Assembly (NCBI GenBank): GCA_009103225.1
Contig: RHPI01001618.1
Coordinates: 1-32,179, forward strand
Length of the DNA: 32,179 nucleotides
Direction: 5' to 3'
DNA from: Chlorokybus atmophyticus
Lineage: Eukaryota > Plantae > Mesostigma and Chlorokybus algae
The position numbers and the translations under genes were made by a program. Shown here one piece after another: positions 22,501-31,700 of the stretch. Below the pieces are notes generated by a model. That model saw only the letters and a program-made list of their open reading frames with translations. It was not told where the DNA came from and made no database searches. Numbering within the stretch: the stretch's first letter is position 1; the number at the start of each line of letters is the position of its first letter.

Positions 22501-23290
22501 AACTATACAAGTCCAGAAGGATATGCAGAGAGTGTGTAGCGCTGGTGGTTAAAGCTTATTAAATGAACCACCATCCGCAAAAACTTGTGCCATGCTCTCC
22601 GAGCTGCCTTAAGCAGAGTGCTGAACAAGGTTCTTGTTTAGTTCAGCACACACCCCTTGAGAAAGCTCTTTTCTACCACAACGCACACATATGGAGGCTC
22701 TGCACAAGCAGTGCGCATGCTTCTACCGTGCATGTCTACTACGGCATAATCTAGTCAGCGCCAAGCTGTATTCAACACACGCTGCTTCCTTTCCCTACTC
22801 CACTGCGGATCATACGACGCAATCTTCTCCGCGGTGATAGCAACATACTCAACTAGCTGCAAGCTAGCAACTATTAGTTCAGCTGTGAATAATGCCTTGC
22901 CTTAAGACATTTTGGGTCTCTTACTAGTTTGTGAGGCCAATTGACGATGTCAGCAGCAGCTGTGCGTCTCAAGGCTGTGTATGACTGTAACGCCAACATG
23001 ATAGCATGAAGAACTGTATTGCTTGCTTGCATGCGTTGTGGCATACTTGCTTGCATGCCACAACGCATGCAAGCAAGTATGTTGCCTACTAGTCGGCTTC
23101 ACATTGATGCTGATATATATATGTATGTGTGTGTACTCAACACGAAAGAACTCAGTTTGAAAGCCTGAGCACAAGATTAGCCTCGGTTCTTGGGCGTCAG
23201 CCCAGCAAGATGGGTGCTCACCTTGAAGCGATTGCGCCCGCCATCGGTGTTGAGCGCCTTAACGGCGTCTCCGCCAGCTGTCACCCCCAT
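10571..23290 (-). CDS. UTP20: U3 snoRNA-associated protein 20 (large HEAT-repeat SSU processome component), multi-exon
   Basis: Exon 1 23290-23222 MGVTAGGDAVKALNTDGGRNRFK joins exon 2 22409-22287 YKSFAQRLAGVEVDVFRSL...WR, exon 3 22207-22050 ELNSAKDF...SLPQLVHH and exon 4 21938-21894 LARDLQRDFL. Later segments include LQFLLDYPLG...LEFIVTNLMYEHSTGREAALEML. The last exon 10821-10571 ends ...KRKIAEHKRYKG*. Every junction I traced (5' exons and the last junction) is GT-AG and in frame. Internal exons were not all traced. Confidence 0.93.
23022..23081. repeat. Perfect inverted repeats inside UTP20 intron 1
   Basis: 23-bp arms at 23022-23044 and 23055-23077. An alternative 17-bp pair lies at 23042-23058 and 23065-23081. 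Confidence 0.9.
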
Positions 23291-23530
23291 GGTCTTTGCA
23301 CCAAGGTGTCAACAAGTTCAAAGTAAGAACTATCTAGCGCTCCACCCCGCAAGCAAGGCAGGCGTCAACATCCCAAGCACCGCCGCCGCCGCCGCCAAGG
23401 CACGGGGAATTGGAGATATCCGTTGTGATTGATGTGCTCAGCACAGTGATGAACAAGCGGCAGAGGAAATCGGCTATCACGTTGCATGACGCACGTTGAA
23501 TGTGGGCGTCAAAGAGGAGCCATGCCTTTA

Positions 23531-24721
23531 GGGTAAGGTGCCGTAACTTCGGACACTTTATACTAGTAAGGTCACCGTTAGGTGAGCACTTCACCGTTTT
23601 GTGTGAATGATGGCTTGACCAAAAGCTGTTTTAATGAGCTACCTATCAAGCTTATTCTTGTATTTGTAGTCAATCAGATGCTTCCTTGAGCCTCTGGCAA
23701 AGACCAGTAAAAGTGCAGGCGGTCCAAAGTGAAGGGAGCCTAACTTCGGATAGTCTAAGATTGCCTGCATGCTGTAAGACTCAAGGTGGTTGTGGCGGCG
23801 GAGAGTGCCTGTTTATGGCTATGTTGTTGTTGTTCTTGTCCTTTAGAAGACTTGTATGGTCAGTGGCGCACAGGTGGCTGCCTTGTATGCTCACAGGAGA
23901 CTGAGGTTAGGCTTGTAGGGTGTGCATGTGCGGTGTGCGCAGAATCTGTTTGAGCGGAACTATGTGCGCATAGCATGTGCATGCAGCATGCATAAAGACG
24001 TGAGCATGACATGCAAGGGCACCGGCTTGGCAAGCGTGTTCGTATATACAAGGTTTAGTGTTGCGTGCTAAGTACAAAGGCTTAGCTGCATGCACATGCT
24101 ATGTCCAATACATGATCTTTGCTAGGCGCAGGCCTCCTCTCTTGTTAGCAAACGCACGGTGTTTTGCCAGTGTTGCCTTGGATAGCTCTGGTCTTTTCAG
24201 GACTGCACAAGTGAGGTTGCTTTCCTCCAGCTCAGTCCATGGCCCTGCTGTTGCAGGGGTGTCGTCCTCTGTGGCACTGCTAACTACGTCCTTGTTGCTC
24301 AGAAAGGCAGCGAGCTTCTTGGCCTCTTTCGCCTCCTTCACCGCCGTACCTTTATGAGCCACAACTTGGCGGCTACAAGGCCAATTGGACTGCTCATAGA
24401 GTCATTGCAAATTCTAGTGTAAGACCTACCGCATGCAAAAACCACACCGCTAAAGCCCATCCTAGTCCTTATTGGCGATAGTTCAAAGTTAACGATGACT
24501 ATGCAACCTAGCCCCAAAATTTTAAACTGTTTGTATTTAGGCGGGTCAAAACATCTTTGAATGGCGTCTTGAGCTAGTGGTGGACTTATTGTGACAAATT
24601 ACAGCACCACACCAAATTTCAAGCTAATTGGCCGCGAAATGCAGAATCTACACCACATATTGCCCGCCAAAAAGGTAAGTGTCCGAAGTTAAGGTCGATC
24701 CAAAGTTAGGGCACCTTACCC
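23531..24721. mobile_element. Non-autonomous TIR DNA transposon, about 1.19 kb, superfamily uncertain (pogo/Tc1-mariner-like or PIF/Harbinger-like)
   Basis: The left end GGGTAAGGTGCCGTAACTTCGGA matches the reverse complement of the right end GGGTAAGGTGCCCTAACTTTGGA at 21/23. Subterminal repeats of TAACTT(C/T)GGA are present. Flanks are TTA on the left and TTT on the right (imperfect TSD). No recognisable transposase. Confidence 0.75.
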
Positions 24722-25320
24722 TTTTTACCAAGGGCAATGTACCAAGGTATTAAATTGTTCATGTAAAGCTGGACAATAAGACATTCAAGTTACATAATGC
24801 AACGGTTGTTTTTGGACGTTAGCGGTATGTAAAAGCTATTACATGAGCTATGTTGCTCAATTTATTCGGCTAATGTATAGCCCAACGGTCAAACAAAATC
24901 GGTTATGCTAACATATCATCTTCTTATAATGGACAGGGTGTGATTGCCGTTAGTTGGATAGTTTCAAAGATTCTTTTAGGGGTATAGGGTGCCGTCCAAC
25001 CTCGTACCAATGGAAATGCGTTTTGTAGACGCGTTTTTATGCGTAACTGCGTTGCTGCCTGCCAACGCGCGCGACAGTTAACGCACCATTGTCGTTCAGC
25101 GTTGCCGTGTCGCGCCTAAGATTCTTCGCTATAAGAGAGAGGGTGTGCTACCGCCCCCTCTAATCCCCTACCCCAACACCGCCACCAGCCATGCCGACAC
25201 CGCCGCCGCCGTCGCCAGGGCAAATGCCATAGCGAAGATCCTCTGGCTATGGCGGCGCTGCTGCGTTAGCAGCGCCGCCATGCGGTTAACATCAACATGA
25301 GACATGAGTCTCATGTCTCA

Positions 25321-25478
25321 TGTCGATATCAGTATTACAGATAAGTAACACTATATTAGGGCCTTAACACTAAATTAACGGCCCTAATCCGGCTTGATTG
25401 GCTGTATATACCCGTTGGGACCCTTATTTAATCCTTAATAAGGGCGGGGAACCTTTATGAAGGTAGCACACCATTACA
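25321..25478 (-). repeat. Putative 3' LTR of the minus-strand chromovirus (TGTAATGG...ATCGACA)
   Basis: On the minus strand it starts with TG right after a GGGGGGGAA purine tract (25487-25479). The distal CA boundary at 25321 is a guess, with no partner LTR in view. Confidence 0.5.
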
Positions 25479-27890
25479 TTCCCCCCCACTTAGGTATCAA
25501 TGTCCTCATTGAGGGGTTAGCTAAGCCCCATTACGAGCATTAAAAACCATAGCAATAGAGAGAATCAGGGCCGAAGCGGTAAAGATGTCTGCCAACACCC
25601 TGTTACCGTTCGAGTGTGGACACAGCACTCAAGTACTACTCACAGGAGTAGTACTCCTGAAGAATCTCATAGTAGTTGGTGAGATTACTTTTGGGTTCCC
25701 ATGTATTGTGTTCAACATCGCTGTGCGCAGACAGCTCTTTGCTAACGCCAATTGATCTTGCATGGCTGCAGCCACCTTGCGCGCTGCAGGTACGCGATTT
25801 ACTTCATTATCAGGCAATTAAATGTTTGCAGGACTCAGTGGATGCACTCCGTAATTTAAGAAAAACGGAGTTTCCTGCACACTCGCTTGCCATGCATTGT
25901 TAATCGCGAACTCAGCCATAAGAAGGTAAACATCCCACTCAGACTAGTTCGGACTCACATAACTTATGTGAGTGCCAATGCCAAATGGTTTCCTCAATCA
26001 CTTGATTGACGCAATCTATCTAACCATCCGTATGCGGGTGATAAGCAGTGCTGATATGCTGCTGTATCTGCCGGATGTTGCATAACGATTTTCAAGACCA
26101 AGCCACAAACCGAGGATTACGGTCAGACACAATGTTGCGAGGGAAGCCTGCAACTTTAACACAGACGCGACAAAAACCATTGCCATCTCACGGGAGCCTA
26201 TCTCCATGCGGCAAGAAACCACGTGAACCATTTTAGTCAAGCGATCTACAAACACTGCAACCGTAGTATGACCCAATGCTAACTCTAGAACCTCAGTAAT
26301 GAGATCCATACTTACACTCTCCCACTTGTTATCAGGGATACGCAATGGTCGCGGTGATCCAGCTGGTTTCTGACGTAAAGGTTTGTCACATTGACATTTG
26401 TCACACGTGTGCACATACTGCTTCACATCAACAGGCAACGATGGCCACCAATACAACTGTTGCGCTGGTGGTCTTGCGACTGCCAAAGTGCCCAGCGTAC
26501 GATGGATCGTGTACATCGGTTATGCATTTCACACGCAAATCAGCATGATCGGGTATAACCAAACCAGTGCCCATGTAATACAAGTTGTCACGGTTTTCAA
26601 GCTTTTGCACGTTTTCTGCTAAAGAAAACCAGGGGTATGAGAATACCCTTGCACAACTGCTTGAACAAACTCATCATTTGGAGATGATGAACCGCATGTT
26701 GCAATCAACTGCGCGCGCACGACCGCCAGTAATGACGGGCAACAACTCAGAGGGTCAGCTACATTGGTTCTTCCCGACAGGTACACCCAATCAAACGAAA
26801 AACGGGATAAAAACTCATTTCAACGCGCTTGTCGTCGTGACAAGTTTTGCTGTGTTCAGAAATACACCAATGGGTTATAATCAGTCACTACAGTGAACTG
26901 AACCCCCTCCAAGTAACATCACTATGTTTCCAAGGCATGTACTACGCCAAGTAGCTCTTGTTTGGTTGTAGTATAGTTCACCTCTGCAGGAATGAACTTC
27001 CTACTCTCATAAGCACAAGGCCTGCCATCTTGCAACAAGATTGCACCACACCCAAGTGTTGATGCATCCCTTAAAACAATGAAATGCTTTTCCCAATTTG
27101 GTAGCGCCATCACTTAACACCGGCGCCGACATTAAAGCCAATTTCACTTGTTGCATAGCAGCTTCTTGAGCTTGTGTCCAGACAAATGGGGCATTTTAAT
27201 GCAACAATTTGGTCAAAGGCATGACAACTGTCGAGTATCCCATTATAAACTTGTGAAAATACTTCCAACCCCAAGATTGACCTTAATTGATGGACATTTT
27301 GAGGTTGAGGCCACTCTTTCACAATTTGCACTTTGCGAGGGTCAGGCTTGATGCCCGCACCACTCACATTGTGAACGATGAAAGGCAACTCTATTTTGCA
27401 AAAATCCCAGTTTGTCAAGTTTGCAAACAAGCGATGTTCACGAAGTCGTGCAAACACCGCTTCTACATGTTGCCTATGCTCTTCCTTTGTTATACTGTAG
27501 ACAATAATGTCATCTAAGTAAACCATGACATGTTTGCCAAGCATGTCATCAAAAATTTCATTCATTTCCATCTGAAACACCGCGGGCGCATTTGCCAATC
27601 CAAAAGGTAACACTTGGTGTTGATACTGGCCTGAGGGTGTTCGGAATGCTGTCTTGTAGACAACAAAAGATGAATGCGGATTTGATGATATCCGCTTGTC
27701 AAGTCCAGCGTACTAAAATACGCATTTCCTGACAACTTATCAAACACATCATGAATCCTTGGCAACGGGTATCTACTCTTTACCGTGATTTTGTTTAAAG
27801 CACGGTAATCCACACACATGCGCAACTTCCCATTCTTTTTTAATCACAAACAAGATAGGCGCGTCAAAGGGTGAAGAACTTGGTTCAATC
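25479..27890 (-). pseudogene. Decayed chromovirus-type Ty3/Gypsy pol (RT, RNase H, integrase, chromodomain remnant) with PPT
   Basis: RT: [40 protein letters not shown]. RNase H: DAS...KQELLGVV. Integrase: GHFG...CDKC, SMDLIT, VDRLTKMVH, TPFFLNYG. Chromodomain remnant EHNTWEPKSNL (25713-25636). Several stops and frameshifts. Confidence 0.92.
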
Positions 27891-28707
27891 TGTCATGCCT
27901 ATCGCCCCAGCATGCCAGTCGTCATCGGGCATGCCTACAGCAAGACCCTCGCCCGGCTTACCAGCATGGCAACCCGCGTGCGCCTCCCTGACCAGTAGCT
28001 AGGTCATGTCCCTAGAGTAGTTCGTGACCATAGCCTGCATAGGCACCGCGCGTAGCTGTGCAGTTGTGAGTTCAGTTATAAGTCCGGTTCTATATCGAGT
28101 GGGCATTTCCTGTGGAAATAGCCTCGATATGACCGTTAGCTTATGTTCTGGACAGTCATGAGTTGACTTGTATAAGTAGGCACAGTGTTCACCGGATCAG
28201 CTGGTGACACTGTAAGTGAGAAAGCTAAGAGCTTGTGAAGCGACTTGAACTACGAACACACCGTCCTGGTTCCCAAGAATCCCCTCACCGTGTGAGAGCC
28301 TGTGCATGTTCTTGTGCACTGTGCTTGTTCTTGCTGTGAGCTTTGTGTACTTGGTCACGGTGTGCTTGTTGGCATCAGTCAGGGCATAGCATCCACGTGT
28401 TGCTTGCTCATTCACCTCACTTAACAGTGTAATTCCTCTCCCACTCACGCAAAGAACTGTGTAAACAGCACTACCTATAGTAGTGGCTTGTTGACTTACA
28501 GTGTCACCCTCTTTGCTCAAGTGAGTGTAGTTGCAAGCTGTACATCAGCATCGCAATCTGTAGTTGTACACATCACAGTGCAGTGTTGTCACCGTCATCG
28601 CATAGCGCGCACAAGCGCTAGTGTGTTGGGTGATAGCAGCACTGGAGATCCCATTGTAGAACACAAACACTCTACCCTTCATCCACTTTCACCATCGCAC
28701 CAGCTGT
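27891..28707 (+). mobile_element. LTR-like and leader region upstream of the plus-strand Gag ORF
   Basis: TGTCATG begins exactly where the minus-strand RT (…IEPSSSPF) is cut. The region is non-coding and ends at the Gag ATG. The LTR end and PBS are not resolved, and a second candidate LTR start lies at 28484. Confidence 0.55.
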
Positions 28708-31700
28708 ATGAGCAGGCCCACCCCGTTCTCCCCAATAGACGAGGGTGACCTCAGCAGTTGGAGCCCAACCACCAACCTCACCTACGAGCGGACCAGTGAC
28801 GGGAGCATCGACCGCAGCAGCAGAGGCTCGCGCTCCATCTCCGGCTTCACCCCGCTCCACTCTACTCCTCGTCATCAAGCTTCTCCACTATCATCGGACA
28901 GCGACGACAACGAGATGGAGTCTTCCAGTTCAACCACATCCCTGCGCTTCTCCGGACGTGCCGGCACCACCTCGCTGGATGAGTTCATCATCAAGTTCCA
29001 CTCCAAGATGCGGCAGCAAGCTCTGAAGAACAAAGACTGGTCAGATGAGATCTCTTTCCACATTGCTGCTCAGTATCTTGATTATGAAGCACACGATGTC
29101 TGGAAGTCCGTTGCTGAACTGCATCGAGTAGACGGCTATGGCGAGCTTGCCAGCACCATAGCATCTGCATCGCTGCACCGTCCAACAGGTGTCGTTCCAC
29201 CTGCCACTTCAGTTGCAGTAACAGGCTTGTCCATAGCTGCAGCTCTCAAGCAGGCAGAGGAGGAGGAACCGGAGTTGGTACTTGTCAACTTGACCCCTGC
29301 AGAAGTTGAGTCCAAGGAGGCCACACATCGAGTCCGCATCCTTGATCGTTCTGCCGTCATCATTGAGGGACAAAGAGCTGCACAGCAAGCGACAGCCGCA
29401 GAGTGGGGTACTCCTCTACCTCCGGCAACACCTGGCTCGCGTGCGGGAGGCAGTACCTTCACCCTCGGGTCAGTAGCACTGCGCGCACCAGCCATCTCTG
29501 TAGGTGCAGCCATCTCTGATTCGCCACTCAAGGACCTGTACGCTGCCTTGCGCCGCACCTTCCCTCCTCAGACCACCAGCAAGGTTGAGGAGCTGAGACG
29601 CTTCCGACGCAAGCCCAATGAGGATCCCCTCCGCTTGTACTCCAAACTGGAAGGTCTGCTGAAGGACACTGACTACAGGATTGTCACTGAGGAGGCTGCT
29701 GCAGTGATATACGTCAATGAGTTGGATGCTGCTCTGAGCGAGTCGACACGCCTGACTCTGAACTACAGCAGGCCCCTTGGCTACACCCTCAAGGAAGCTT
29801 TCGAGACTGCACAAGCCATCCATAAGCGCGCAGTGTATGAGAAAGCGGTGCTGGACACCAACCGCAGTGCCTCACGGCCTATGGCAGGCACAAGTGCAGA
29901 GCCTCTTCGGCGGGACCGCAGCCGGGAGTCGCAAGGCATCCATTACAAGGATAAACGGTCGGCTCATGCTGCCCTTGTGGCTCCAGTGCTGTGCCACCGG
30001 TGTGGTCGACATGGCCACTACCAAAAGGAGTGCACCGAAGATTACGGCAACCTTGTGTGCGACCACTGCCACAAGACGGGACACTTGGAGACAGTATACT
30101 GGCTCAAGTTCCCTGAGCTGCTGCCCCCTATTGGCTACAACAACAGCAACAACGCTGGTGGCTACCGCGGCCGCAACAACCACAACAACAACGGGGGCTA
30201 CAACAACAGCAACCATGCTGGCGGCCACAACAACAGCAACAACGCTGGTGGTCGCAACAACGGCAACAACGCTGGTGGCCACAACCCCAACAACAACAGC
30301 AACGCTGACGCCCGCAAGGAAGAAGCTGGCTATAGGGGAAAAAACCGCCCTCCACAGCACAAAGGACTTGAGAAACGTCCTCGCGCTGGAGCTGCTGCTG
30401 TCAAGGCACCAACCAATCCACCAGCTAGCGACCAAGTGGCAGCCCTGATGGCGCGCGTGGCACAGCTGGAGGAAAACAAGGAGCAGGACTATCAAGCCTG
30501 CTATGCTGCTAGGTGGGCATTGATGGCACCAAAACGGGATAGGGACATTCCCACGCCGTCACGCGTACAACCATCCAGACGGGCGCGCAGGGAGGCTGGC
30601 GCGTCGTCAACAGCGGCATCGTCGGACGCCACAAGTGGTGCTGCCTCGGCAGCCACAACCACCGCTGGGACGACGCCGTCGACGACACCGTCGGCATCCA
30701 CACCGACTACGACAGCAGGTGTCAACACTCTTGGCACCACGCTGTTCCCAGTGACGGAGAGCACCCACGCCGCAGCAACCATGGTCGTTGGGTTCGTAAG
30801 TGGTGAATCCACCACTTCTGCCTCCATCGGAGCGACCACATCAACCGTACCTGCTGCCACCCTCACATCTGCCACTTCAGTGACGACGACTGCGGCAGGT
30901 GCCACCACCATCGCCTCCAGTATCGCTGCCATGCCCACCGCACCATTTCCTGAAAGCCGGACGGCACCGCCACCAGCATTGGACGTCACACAACAAGTGC
31001 CACGCGGGCCGCAAGCAGAACGCGCCTGGGCGTCGATTCTACGCAACGTGGAGCCCACCACTATTGCGTACGGACCAGGGGGGCAACGCACCACGCGCGT
31101 GGCACGCGATGATCGCATCTTGCCCCTACCACCGCCAGAATACCACACGCTGCCGGAACTCACACAACAACAGCTGGAGGATGAAATCCTCGCCGGCACT
31201 GCACCAGAGATGAGGGATCGTCTGTTCGGGGTCACCTATCGCCGACCTGCGGTGTTAGAACTGGCCATCCAGTTGTTCCTGGCATTACATGCACAGTTGC
31301 AGGACGCACCCAGTCAATCGCGACAGCCCATGCCCGCTCAACGGATCGACTTCGAGCCTTCGCCACTGGACCCACTCGGCCTCCGGCGACAAAAACACCA
31401 AGACCTCGTGGTCACGATGGCTGACATAGCGCTGGGCGCAGATCCCGCTCTCCGGGGGCTCACTCCAGGCAGTCGTCAAGAGCGTTTCTCTGCACTCGAA
31501 CAGGCCCATCGGTATCGCATGGACCAAGCTGCCCAAGTGGACGCACGCCGACAAGCATACGAAGCAGCACACGCCGTTATCGTGCCAACCGTAGCGCCAG
31601 GACATGCTGCCAGCGCCTCCACGGCGCCAACCACCGCACACGCCACGGCGCTCGCCATCGAGCAGGCGGGACACGCAACTGTTGCAGACCAAGCGAGGGC

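Noticed and set aside
22756-22860. Short minus-strand frame LVEYVAITAEKIASYDPQWSRERKQRVLNTAWR* in UTP20 intron 1
   Set aside because: No recognisable homology. Exons 1 and 2 already join in frame without it. It could be a poison exon, but nothing here supports that.
29872-31235. Minus-strand ORFs of 207 and 244 aa rich in Val/Ala
   Set aside because: Mirror of the Asn- and Thr-rich repeats of the plus-strand Gag frame.
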